Positions 9,898 to 18,462 of a stretch of DNA of 64,000 nucleotides are shown one piece after another. The translations under genes were made by a program, and so were the position numbers. The stretch spans positions 372,348 through 436,347 of the forward strand of contig CAWFSJ010000001.1 of the NCBI GenBank assembly GCA_963818505.1, in the 5' to 3' direction. Positions within the stretch are counted from its first letter, which is position 1; the number at the start of each line of letters is the position of its first letter. This DNA is from an uncultured Actinomycetota bacterium (lineage in GTDB: Bacteria; Actinomycetota; Actinomycetes; S36-B12; UBA10799). The notes beneath the pieces were generated by a model. That model had not been told where the DNA came from. It saw only the letters and a list, made by a program, of their open reading frames with translations, and did not search any database.

Positions 9898-10431
9898 ATG
9901 GGCGACCAATCCCGCGATGAGACATGGTTCGAGGCGATGTATCGGCGTTGTGCGCCAGCCGTCCTCGCCTACTCTCGACGCCGGCTCATGCATCAGCAGG
10001 ACAGCGAGGATGTGGTGGTCGACGTCTTCGCCACGGCTTGGCGGCGCAGGGATGACCTGCCGCCCGAAGAGTTGCCGTGGTTGTACGCCACCGCGGCCAA
10101 CACCATCGCCCACACGAAACGCGCCGCCCAACGCCGAACGCGACTGAACGCCAAAATCGCGGCTCAGGATCCGGGGCTGACCGTGCTCGGCACCGAAGAC
10201 CGGGTCGATCACGCGTTAGATGCTCGCACCGGACTGGCCGATGCCCTGGAGAAGTTGTCCGACAACGATCAGGAGGTTCTGCGCCTGTGGGCCTGGGAGG
10301 GTCTCGATTCCTCCGACTTGGCTGTTGCGCTCGGATGCGAGCCGAACGCCGCACGCACTCGGCTCCATCGGGCGAAGACCCGCCTGCGCACAGTCCTGAC
10401 CGCTCCGGCCGCCCAAGGAGACCTGGCATGA
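9898..10431 (+). CDS. ECF sigma-70 factor
   Basis: Region 2 EDVVVDVFATAWRR...PWLYATA; region 4 EVLRLWAWEGL...RTRLHRAK. Confidence 0.92.
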   Translation: MGDQSRDETWFEAMYRRCAPAVLAYSRRRLMHQQDSEDVVVDVFATAWRRRDDLPPEELPWLYATAANTIAHTKRAAQRRTRLNAKIAAQDPGLTVLGTEDRVDHALDARTGLADALEKLSDNDQEVLRLWAWEGLDSSDLAVALGCEPNAARTRLHRAKTRLRTVLTAPAAQGDLA

Positions 10432-11447
10432 ACACCGACTTCACCGACGAGCAACTACGCGCGGCGCTGCAGACCCTGGACCCAGAGCCCGGCGACGACT
10501 CCGGTCAAACGGTGGACGAACTCTGGGCGCGCTTGGACCTGCACGAGCAACGTGAGACTGCACGTCGGCGCTGGCCACAGATCGTCGCGGCCGCTTGCCT
10601 GGGAGCTGCACTGACAGTTGGGGCCGCTGCGGTGGCTGACCAATTCAGAGGCACCACAACCGCGGACAGCGCACCTCAATCCACCATGGTCGCACCGGAG
10701 TCCATGGCCGATGCGCCGGTGAGCGGGTCGGCCAAGGGACCTGCGGATGCCGCACAGGAACCGAGGCTGCTGGCCCGGGATGCTTCGGGCGTGGTGGCGA
10801 CCAAGGACGTTCAGCAGGCGCGAGACTCGTTCGTACGCACCATCGAAGAACTCGGCGGGCGGATCACCAGCGAGACCGTCAACACGGACGGCAGCGACCT
10901 GACCGGTGGCTCCCCCGACATCGCTGTGTACCCACCGGTGCCCGTCAGCCCGGGCATCAACGTGTCCGTTGAGGTCCCGGCCCAGGCATACGACGAAGCC
11001 GTGGGCGCTATCCCCGCGCTTGGCGAGATCGTCCAGTTCAGTTCCTCCTCGGTTGATGTCGGCGCGGAGATCTCGGACGTGCGAGCCCGGGCTTCAGCCC
11101 TGCGCGCCTCGGTCGCCACGCTGCAGGACTTGCTCGGCGACGCGACCTCCATCTCCGAGGTGATCCGTTTGGAGAACGCCATCACCGATCGGCAGTCCGA
11201 ACTCGACGGTCTGATCGCCCAACAGCGCTATCTGGAGAACCAGGTGTCCCAAGCCCGAATCGCGGTGGAGTTCATCACGGCCGATGATGCAGCCGCACGG
11301 TACGGGGACCAGACCACGGCCTGGGAACGTTTCACCGAGGCACTGGGTCAGGCCTGGTTGTGGGTCGGTTGGATCGTCTTGATCACCAGCCCCGTGTGGA
11401 TCGTGGTGCTGGTGTGGTGGGGCCGCTGGCGTCGCCGCCGTTCATGA
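10428..11447 (+). CDS. DUF4349-domain membrane protein, candidate anti-sigma factor
   Basis: ATGA-coupled to the sigma gene; short cytoplasmic N-terminus, TM, coiled coil, C-terminal TM. Confidence 0.75.
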   Translation: MNTDFTDEQLRAALQTLDPEPGDDSGQTVDELWARLDLHEQRETARRRWPQIVAAACLGAALTVGAAAVADQFRGTTTADSAPQSTMVAPESMADAPVSGSAKGPADAAQEPRLLARDASGVVATKDVQQARDSFVRTIEELGGRITSETVNTDGSDLTGGSPDIAVYPPVPVSPGINVSVEVPAQAYDEAVGAIPALGEIVQFSSSSVDVGAEISDVRARASALRASVATLQDLLGDATSISEVIRLENAITDRQSELDGLIAQQRYLENQVSQARIAVEFITADDAAARYGDQTTAWERFTEALGQAWLWVGWIVLITSPVWIVVLVWWGRWRRRRS

Positions 11448-11465
11448 CCGCCGCAACCCGCCCGC

Positions 11466-11533
11466 GTTAGAGGTTGTGCTCCTGGTTAGCGAATCAACGT
11501 GTGTTTTCGCTAACCAACAGCACAACCTCTAAC
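11466..11533. repeat. 68-bp nested palindromic element, family A, solo copy
   Basis: GTTAGAGGTTGTGC..GGTTAGCGAA..TTCGCTAACC..GCACAACCTCTAAC; nearly identical to the copies at 15908-16221. Confidence 0.9.
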
Positions 11534-11641
11534 CAGGTGCCATAGGGCCGACGAGTGGGCCGTTCAGTGGTTGTTGGGCTGAGTCATGCAGGCGTAGGTT
11601 GGGCCACCTAGGTCGCCTGTCGAGATCGTCTGGCACCCCTG

Positions 11642-11866
11642 GTGACGGCCACGGTCCGCAAGGGCAAGGCCCGGATCACGTGGAGAGCCGACCCCGCGGC
11701 CAGCTCCTACCGGGTGCGGATCTCCAAACCGGGTGCAAAGAAGAGCACCACCCAGCATGTATTCACGGCCAAGGTGCGCAAGGGCGTGAAGTACCGCTTC
11801 CAGGTGGCCGGACAAGGCCCCGGCGGCATTGGGCCGAACACGACGATCCGCTTCAACGGCAAGTAG
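11642..11866 (+). pseudogene. Fibronectin type III-like gene fragment
   Basis: ARITW...SYRVRI...KYRFQVAG FN3 pattern; no signal peptide and no evident RBS. Confidence 0.5.
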
Positions 11867-11889
11867 AGCGGGCGACACGGCGCCAGCGA

Positions 11890-12840
11890 CTAGCCGACCC
11901 TCCACAGTCGGCTCTGGCTGAACGCCTTGAACCCTTGAACCCCGGGTGCTCGCAGTGAGATACGCACGAAGAGTCTCTTGGAGTTACCCGTCGTGCGGAT
12001 GACCACCCGTCCGGACTTCGACGTCACACGTGCCTGCGAGCGCTTCTTGCCCATCTGAGCGCGGGTAGTCCCCCAGGAAACCCTCACAGAGGCTGTCTGG
12101 CCGGCGTTGGTCACCACGGGGCGCTTCAGTAAGGTCGTCCGGCCCTTCTGCCGGATCCTCTCGGGCAATTTCACAGACGCGGTCTGAGCTCGCGCTCCGC
12201 TGGCAGTGATATTCAGGTTCCCACGCCAGTACCAGCCGATCCCCCGAGTCAGATCCAGGAATTCGTCTGCTCGCGCGCACAGTTTGCCTGTCAAGATCGG
12301 CGCCGGCGAGGTGCCTGCAACGGCGAACGTGTTGCCGTTGAGGGCAGATCCTTGACCGCCCCCAATTGCGTCGATGCCCGCTGAGGACAAGGGGGCAGAG
12401 CCCGTAATCGTGCAGGAGCCGAAGACACCAGCATTGATGGTGGCCGTCAGCGGCAGCGTCAATGTCACAGTCCCAGCCGGGTCGATTGACCCGTTGATGT
12501 CTGCCTTCTTGACCTGCACCGAAGCCAGTCCGCTGGCGAAGGAAAGCCCTGGCCATGACTGGCCGGCGGCAGGGAGATTTAGGTTCCCACCGGAAAGCGA
12601 ACCGACCATTCGGATCTCACCGCCGGATGTCAGGTAGGCGTAGTAGGCACCGCCGCCCTTCTTCGGCAGTGCTACGTAACTGCAGTCAGCGACGAGGGTT
12701 TCGCCCACCGGGGTGTCCGCGGCGCAGCTCGGCAAAGTCACCGTCGCCGCCCCTTCTGCCAGGGAATCACTTGCGTTGGCCGGCGGTACCGCTAGGACGC
12801 TGGCGGCCAAGGCCAAGGTCACTGGGACGACGAGTTTCAC
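11890..12840 (-). CDS. Secreted protein with a basic C-terminal domain
   Basis: Signal peptide VKLVVPVTLALAASVLAVPPANA; G/S/T-rich core with Cys pairs; K/R-rich last ~95 aa. Confidence 0.8.
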   Translation of the reverse strand: MKLVVPVTLALAASVLAVPPANASDSLAEGAATVTLPSCAADTPVGETLVADCSYVALPKKGGGAYYAYLTSGGEIRMVGSLSGGNLNLPAAGQSWPGLSFASGLASVQVKKADINGSIDPAGTVTLTLPLTATINAGVFGSCTITGSAPLSSAGIDAIGGGQGSALNGNTFAVAGTSPAPILTGKLCARADEFLDLTRGIGWYWRGNLNITASGARAQTASVKLPERIRQKGRTTLLKRPVVTNAGQTASVRVSWGTTRAQMGKKRSQARVTSKSGRVVIRTTGNSKRLFVRISLRAPGVQGFKAFSQSRLWRVG

Positions 12841-12895
12841 CTCACTAGCAAACCACGAGTGCACTATGTGCGTGGTGGTCCGCAGTCTTCAGGGC

Positions 12896-13455
12896 TTACG
12901 CAACGGCCTTGGTGTGACGCAGATGCACGTGCAGACCGTGCAGGGTGGTGAGCTGCTCCACAGTGGTCTGCTCCGCGACGCCTGCACACAGGTTCTCGAA
13001 AACCGTCATCTCATAGCCGCCCGCCTGCGCGTCCTCAGCCGTGGCACACGCAGTAATCGGTGGCGATGCCGACGATGTGCACGGTGTCGACCTGGTGCAC
13101 ATCCATGACCTGCCGAAGTGGGATCCCACCAGCAGTGAACCCTTCGAAGGCCGAGTATGCGGTTTGCCTTCGTCCTTCATGACTTGGAGGGTTCTGGACA
13201 CAATGCACGGGCCACGTGGGTCGTGAAGTTGGGGGCCTCACCCGGCTCGGCGAAGTGTCCACCGTTGTCACTGTTGGGCCGGTGCCAGTCGCGGGAGGCA
13301 ACGATCAGGCGATACCGACGATGTTGGTGCTCCAGGTACTCAGCCACATGCTGGGCCACCGCCATACCGCCCTGGACTGCGAGCGCTCCGCCTTCACAGA
13401 AGTCGTTCTGAACGTCCACCACGATCAAGGCCGTGTGCGGTGGCTGTTTGGTCAT
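12896..13455 (-). pseudogene. pncA: Nicotinamidase/pyrazinamidase, frameshifted and internally deleted
   Basis: Motifs split over three frames: VDVQNDFCEGG/DWH; WPVHCVQ..YSAFEG..GIATDYCV; ATAEDA. The segment between HCVQ and KG..YS appears to be missing. Confidence 0.85.
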
Positions 13456-13547
13456 GATGTCCGCCCCTTGGCTGAGATCTCATATGTCGTCACTGAAATT
13501 CCGTCGCATCGCAACGGCGACTTGAGCCTGCGAGTCTTGCTTCTCGC

Positions 13548-14570
13548 TTACGGGCTAGGGCGATGCTCGCGCGGAACAACGTCGACAAGCAGATCGTCGA
13601 TCTCGCCAGTCGCCGTGGTGCCGGCCAGCACACTGCGCTCCCCCAGCTTGACCACGACAACGCCCCCGAGGATCAGCCCGGCGCCGAGCAGCTGGATCGG
13701 TCGGGGTTGCTGGTCCAGCAGGATCCAGGCGAAGGCCAGTCCGGCTGCCACTTCCGACAGGGCCACGAAGGAGGCCAGCCTTGAGCCCAGATGGCGAGCG
13801 GCAGCGATCCCAGTGACATAGGCAAGGGCCGCAGTGATCAGGCCCAGCGCCAGTACTGGAACCCACCATGGGACTGTCGCGACGGTGAACGTGACGTCTG
13901 CAGTCGCGAAGGTCAGGGGAAGCAAGCCGACCAGTGCAGCCAGCCCGAAGACGACTGACGCGAACACCAGGCCGCCAGCTGCCAGCGTGATCGGGGGCAG
14001 ACCGCTGGTGTCGTCGGCGGAGATGACGAAGTAGGTGGCCGCGCCCACCATGGCTCCCAGCGCCAGAAGCACACCGATCACATCCACTTGGGCTCCGCCG
14101 ATGACATCGAGCAAGAGGACCAAGCCCACACCGGCGATCGCCGCTCCCAGGAAAGTCAATCGACCCGGCTTTTGCCCACGGGCCGCCCACATGTACAGCA
14201 CGACGGCCACGGGCGCGGTGTATTCGATGAGCAGTGCCACACCTACGTCGAGTCGGGCAACTGCGAGGAAATACAGCAATTGAGCCCCCGCCACGGCGAG
14301 CAGTCCGTAGAGCGCAATGGTTCGTGCGTTCGTCGCGAGGAGACGCATTCGGCCGCGAACTGCAAGGAGCCCGGGGACGATCAGCACCAGGGCCGCGATG
14401 CCGACGCGTAATGACACCGCGGCGGCTGGCGACCAACCGGAGTCCATAAGCGCGCGCGCCAGCGATCCCGACAGCCCGAACGAGAGGGCGGACGTGAGGG
14501 CGAGGCCCACCCCCACGCCGGTACTGCGCACAGGGCGCGTTTGCCGTTCGTCAGGGGCATTACTGCTCAT
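13548..14570 (-). CDS. EamA/DMT-family transporter
   Basis: About 10 TM segments; VALLIEYTAP; two EamA repeats. Confidence 0.9.
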   Translation of the reverse strand: MSSNAPDERQTRPVRSTGVGVGLALTSALSFGLSGSLARALMDSGWSPAAAVSLRVGIAALVLIVPGLLAVRGRMRLLATNARTIALYGLLAVAGAQLLYFLAVARLDVGVALLIEYTAPVAVVLYMWAARGQKPGRLTFLGAAIAGVGLVLLLDVIGGAQVDVIGVLLALGAMVGAATYFVISADDTSGLPPITLAAGGLVFASVVFGLAALVGLLPLTFATADVTFTVATVPWWVPVLALGLITAALAYVTGIAAARHLGSRLASFVALSEVAAGLAFAWILLDQQPRPIQLLGAGLILGGVVVVKLGERSVLAGTTATGEIDDLLVDVVPREHRPSP

Positions 14571-14576
14571 GACTCA

Positions 14577-14607
14577 TGACACTAGGCGAGTTCGGGGTAA
14601 GGTGTCA
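14577..14607. promoter_or_regulatory. Inverted half-sites TGACAC...GTGTCA in the 39-bp divergent gap
   Basis: Inverted repeat between EamA and the CGNR regulator; possible operator. Confidence 0.35.
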
Positions 14608-14609
14608 AA

Positions 14610-15137
14610 GTGCTTTTCGCCCCTGACGTCCAAGAAGCCCTCGGTGCGGCCGTGGCCCTGGTCAACTCCGCCGAACCGGAGAGTCTTCCCGCACTGGCGG
14701 AACTCCTGGAGTTCTACGACGCTTGGAACTACACGGGCTCGATGCCTCGCACGGCCCGCGACCTCGAGGCGGTGCGCGCGATCCGGGCACCCTTGCGCGA
14801 GTTGCTGACCGCAGACCGCGAGACGGCGGTGAGGCTGGTCAACGCAATACTCGCCGAGCAGAAGGCCATCCCCCGACTGGTTCGACACGATCACCTCGAC
14901 TGGCACATCCACGCGATCTCACGGAAGCGTCCGATGGACGAGCGGATTCTCGTGGAGACCGCGATGGCGATGGTGGATCTGATCCGGTCCGACGAGTTAA
15001 GCAGGCTTCGAATCTGCGCTGCTGGGCAGTGCGAAGGCATCGTCTTGGACCTGTCGCGCAACCGTTCCCGAAGGTTCTGCAGCACGACCTGCGGTAACCG
15101 AGAGGCACAGGCCGCACACAGGGCCCGGCGCAGGTAG
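14610..15137 (+). CDS. CGNR zinc-finger (ABATE) protein
   Basis: C-x4-C...DLSRNRSRRFCSTTCGNR. Confidence 0.92.
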   Translation: MLFAPDVQEALGAAVALVNSAEPESLPALAELLEFYDAWNYTGSMPRTARDLEAVRAIRAPLRELLTADRETAVRLVNAILAEQKAIPRLVRHDHLDWHIHAISRKRPMDERILVETAMAMVDLIRSDELSRLRICAAGQCEGIVLDLSRNRSRRFCSTTCGNREAQAAHRARRR

Positions 15138-15141
15138 GCCG

Positions 15142-15807
15142 TCAGTCGCCGGTCAAGTCCCGGACCATGATCCCGTTGAAGTCGACGAACCCGATCCTGG
15201 CCCAGTACTTCGACAGCGCCAGGCGGGCAGCGGACCGTTCTTGGAGGTCGGACAGGCCAGGCTGCATGGGGAACAGAGCGGCAACATCAGCCTCAACCCC
15301 CAGTGCGTCGACCACGAGTTCGGTGGCCAACAGACCGTAGCCCGCGCCACGCCAGGTGGGGTCGATCTCCACGTGGTTGACTATCAGCGCCCGCTGGTGC
15401 TCGAGGTCGTAAGCGGCCTGCAACTCGTCGAGGTCGAACGCCTCTCCAAGCAACGCGTCCCCAATGACTCTCACGTCGGGTCCGATACTGGCCAATTCGT
15501 CCCAGCAGGTAGGCGCAGCGAGATCGGCAGTTACGAAGTCCCCGCGGCCCACAGGGATCCGAAGGGTCTTGGCCAGCAGCCCCCCGACCTCGGGGAGGTA
15601 CCCTTCGGCGTCAAAATGGGCCAGCTCTGAGAGAACGGCCAGGTCCACCTCCGGACCCTGGTCGGGTGACCAACAGACGGCGACCTTGGCTGTGAAGTCA
15701 CGAACCGCGCGATGACTCGGGGTTCGCGTCAGATCAGTGCTGAGAGTAACGAGCAGCGTCGTGGCAAGAGCCTCGATGACGGCTTGTTTGCTCGCCTCTG
15801 ATGCCAC
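15142..15807 (-). CDS. Hypothetical protein with a C-terminal GNAT-like motif
   Basis: VEIDPTWRGAGYG acetyl-CoA loop and YWARIGF; start uncertain. Confidence 0.6.
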   Translation of the reverse strand: MASEASKQAVIEALATTLLVTLSTDLTRTPSHRAVRDFTAKVAVCWSPDQGPEVDLAVLSELAHFDAEGYLPEVGGLLAKTLRIPVGRGDFVTADLAAPTCWDELASIGPDVRVIGDALLGEAFDLDELQAAYDLEHQRALIVNHVEIDPTWRGAGYGLLATELVVDALGVEADVAALFPMQPGLSDLQERSAARLALSKYWARIGFVDFNGIMVRDLTGD

Positions 15808-15907
15808 GGGGGCCACCCTCCCTGTGAGGCAACCGTTCGAGCGCCGGGTGGCGCTACTTTCCACGGTACGCCGACGACTGGTCCCCATCGAGGCAATACG
15901 CGCCCTC

Positions 15908-16221
15908 GTTAGAGGTTGTGGTCCTGGTTAGCGCGCTAACCAACCGCACAACCTCTAACCAACAGGCCCGATCCGGCGGCCCCGGCTCCAACGACCCTCG
16001 ACGCCCGGCCCGTCGCGCCCTCGTTAGAGGTTGTGGTCCTGGTTAGCGAATCAACGCGTGTTTTCGCTAACCAACAGCACAACCTCTAACCAACAGGCCC
16101 GATCCGGCGGCCCCGGCTCCAACGTCCCTCGACGCCCGGCCCGTCGCGCCCTCGTTAGAGGTTGTGGTCCTGGTTAGCGAATCAACGCGTGTTTTCGCTA
16201 ACCAACCGCACAACCTCTAAC
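15908..16221. repeat. Tandem array of three family A palindromes (131-bp period)
   Basis: Palindromes start at 15908 (16-bp internal deletion), 16023 and 16154. The two 63-bp linkers differ at one base. Confidence 0.95.
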
Positions 16222-16297
16222 CAGGGCATCGGGGGCGGTGCTGCGGCGGCACCTCACGCCCATGAGTGGCGGGCACGGAAGCACTAGAGTTCTGCCC

Positions 16298-17251
16298 ATG
16301 ACCCCTGAACAGGCGCAGTATTTCGCGCAGCGATTCGAGGCCGTTGTGAGCAACGTGGAGCGGTTCATCCAGGGCAAGGACGACGTGGTGCGTCTGGCGC
16401 TCATCTCGTTGCTGGCCGAAGGTCATCTGCTCATGGAGGACGTTCCCGGGGTAGGCAAGACCTCGCTGGCCCGCTCGCTCAGCGCGTCCCTCGGTCTCAC
16501 CGGTAGTCGCATCCAGTTCACACCTGACCTGCTGCCTTCCGACGTCACCGGCGTCACGGTCTTCCACCAGAGCAAGGACACCTTCGAATTCCACCCGGGC
16601 CCGGTGTTCGCCAACGTGGTGCTGGCGGACGAGATCAACCGGGCCTCCCCGAAGACCCAGTCCGCGATGCTCGAAGTCATGGCTGAGCGCACAGTCACGG
16701 TGGACGGCCGTAGCCACCCGGTCCCCCGGCCCTTCCTGGTGCTGGCCACCCAGAACCCGGTGGACATGGACGGCACCTACCCCCTGCCCGAGGCGCAACT
16801 CGACCGTTTCATGATGCGCATATCCGTGGGATACCCGAACCCCGCAGCGGAGACCCAGATCCTGAAGAATGCGCATGAAGGTCGGCGCCTGGAGGACTTA
16901 CGCGCGGTATCCAACATCGAAGAGGTCACCGGAATGGTGAAGGCCGCGGGCGGTGTTCACGTCGCCGACAGCGTCATGACCTACATCGTCGGGCTGGTCA
17001 CCGCCACCCGCAATTCACCTGGCGTGCGGCTCGGTTCCAGTCCGCGCGGAGGTCTGGCCTTGCTGGCCACAGCCAGGGTCCGGGCCGCCTCCCGCAGCCG
17101 TCACTACGTCACTCCCGAGGACGTCGGGGCACTGCTGCAGCCCGTTCTCGCCCACCGCCTGGTCCTGTCGCCCGAAGCCATCGCCGGGGGTGCCACGTCC
17201 GAACAGGTACTGGCTGAGGCCACGCGTGGGGTACCGGTCCCGCAAGCCTGA
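16298..17251 (+). CDS. moxR: MoxR-family AAA+ ATPase
   Basis: EDVPGVGKT, RIQFTPDLLPSD, LADEINRA, ATQNP, LPEAQLDRF. Confidence 0.95.
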   Translation: MTPEQAQYFAQRFEAVVSNVERFIQGKDDVVRLALISLLAEGHLLMEDVPGVGKTSLARSLSASLGLTGSRIQFTPDLLPSDVTGVTVFHQSKDTFEFHPGPVFANVVLADEINRASPKTQSAMLEVMAERTVTVDGRSHPVPRPFLVLATQNPVDMDGTYPLPEAQLDRFMMRISVGYPNPAAETQILKNAHEGRRLEDLRAVSNIEEVTGMVKAAGGVHVADSVMTYIVGLVTATRNSPGVRLGSSPRGGLALLATARVRAASRSRHYVTPEDVGALLQPVLAHRLVLSPEAIAGGATSEQVLAEATRGVPVPQA

Positions 17252-17253
17252 TC

Positions 17254-18462
17254 ATGTCGCAGACCAAAGAGGAGCCGGCAGTCGTCAATGCTGCTGACGA
17301 CGAACCCGATTCGGTGCGCGAGATCTCAGCGCGTACCAAGGGTTTGCTCATCTGCGTGCCGCTGCTCATGGCCCTTGGTTTCGTGATGGGCTACCCGGCG
17401 CTGGTCGCCGTGGCACTGGCCCCACTGCTGCTGGTCGCGATCGCGCTGTTCATGGTCGGCCGCCGTCCAGGGGGGAACCTGCGCCGGGCGGTCGAGCCGT
17501 CGCAACTGACCCGCGGTGAGACGGCCACCGCACTGATCACCAGCGTCAACAACCGGGTCACACCGACTGGTGTTGTGGAGGCCATCGACAGCATCGGGGG
17601 GCAGCCGGTCGAAATCCTCATTCCGCCAGTGCCACCGCGGCGCGAGGTCACCGTCACCTACAAATTCGTGCCTCTGAAGAGAGGTGAACTGAACCTCGGC
17701 CCAGTCACCCTTGAAAGACGTGACCCCTGGGGGTTGTTCGTGCGCAGGGCGACCGCCTCGGCGACCATGTCCGTGCTGGTGCATCCGCGGGTCCTGCCAG
17801 TCGAGATCTCGCTGGCCGGCAACCGGATCGGTCAGGAGGGCGGCACGGCGGACCGGGACGTCCTGGGTTCCAATCAATTCCACACGCTGCGCGAGTACGT
17901 GATCGGTGATGAGTTACGCCAGATCCATTGGCGCAGTTCGGCGCGGGTGGGCAAGTTGATGGTCAAACAGCTCGTGGACAACCCGCTGCCCCGGGCGCTT
18001 GTGGTACTCGACAATGACATCCGGTCATACGTGCGCCCCGAGGATTTCGAACAGGCAGTGGACGCCGCTGCCTCGATCGGTTCGGCCATCGTGCAGGCTG
18101 GCCTTCCTATCGCCCTGCGCACGACCGGAGAGGACGCCGCGGTCGAGGTCGTTCGAGCCGATGACATCACGCAGTTGCTGGACGCCTTGGCACTGTCGGA
18201 CCCCCGCGTACTCAAGGTGTCGCCCCCCGCCCTTCGCCAAGTCCTACTGGCGACCCGTTCGACGTCATTCTTTCTGATCACCGGCCCCAACACCGGACTG
18301 GTGCCAAGCGCAATCGCAGCGCTGGGCCTGGTCGGTGAGGGCACGATCGTGCGGATGGGCCAGGACGGTGGCCTCACCCGGCCCAGACGCGGTCTGGTGT
18401 TCCGCGACGTGCGCACCTGCGAGGACCTGACGATTCCGATCCTGCCCGGCGGCCGGGCATGA
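17254..18462 (+). CDS. DUF58-domain protein
   Basis: FHTLREYVIGDELRQIHWRSSAR. Confidence 0.9.
   Translation: MSQTKEEPAVVNAADDEPDSVREISARTKGLLICVPLLMALGFVMGYPALVAVALAPLLLVAIALFMVGRRPGGNLRRAVEPSQLTRGETATALITSVNNRVTPTGVVEAIDSIGGQPVEILIPPVPPRREVTVTYKFVPLKRGELNLGPVTLERRDPWGLFVRRATASATMSVLVHPRVLPVEISLAGNRIGQEGGTADRDVLGSNQFHTLREYVIGDELRQIHWRSSARVGKLMVKQLVDNPLPRALVVLDNDIRSYVRPEDFEQAVDAAASIGSAIVQAGLPIALRTTGEDAAVEVVRADDITQLLDALALSDPRVLKVSPPALRQVLLATRSTSFFLITGPNTGLVPSAIAALGLVGEGTIVRMGQDGGLTRPRRGLVFRDVRTCEDLTIPILPGGRA

Noticed and set aside
15908-16221. CRISPR array
   Set aside because: The repeats are 68 bp, the two spacers are essentially identical, and no cas genes are present. It is a tandem repeat.
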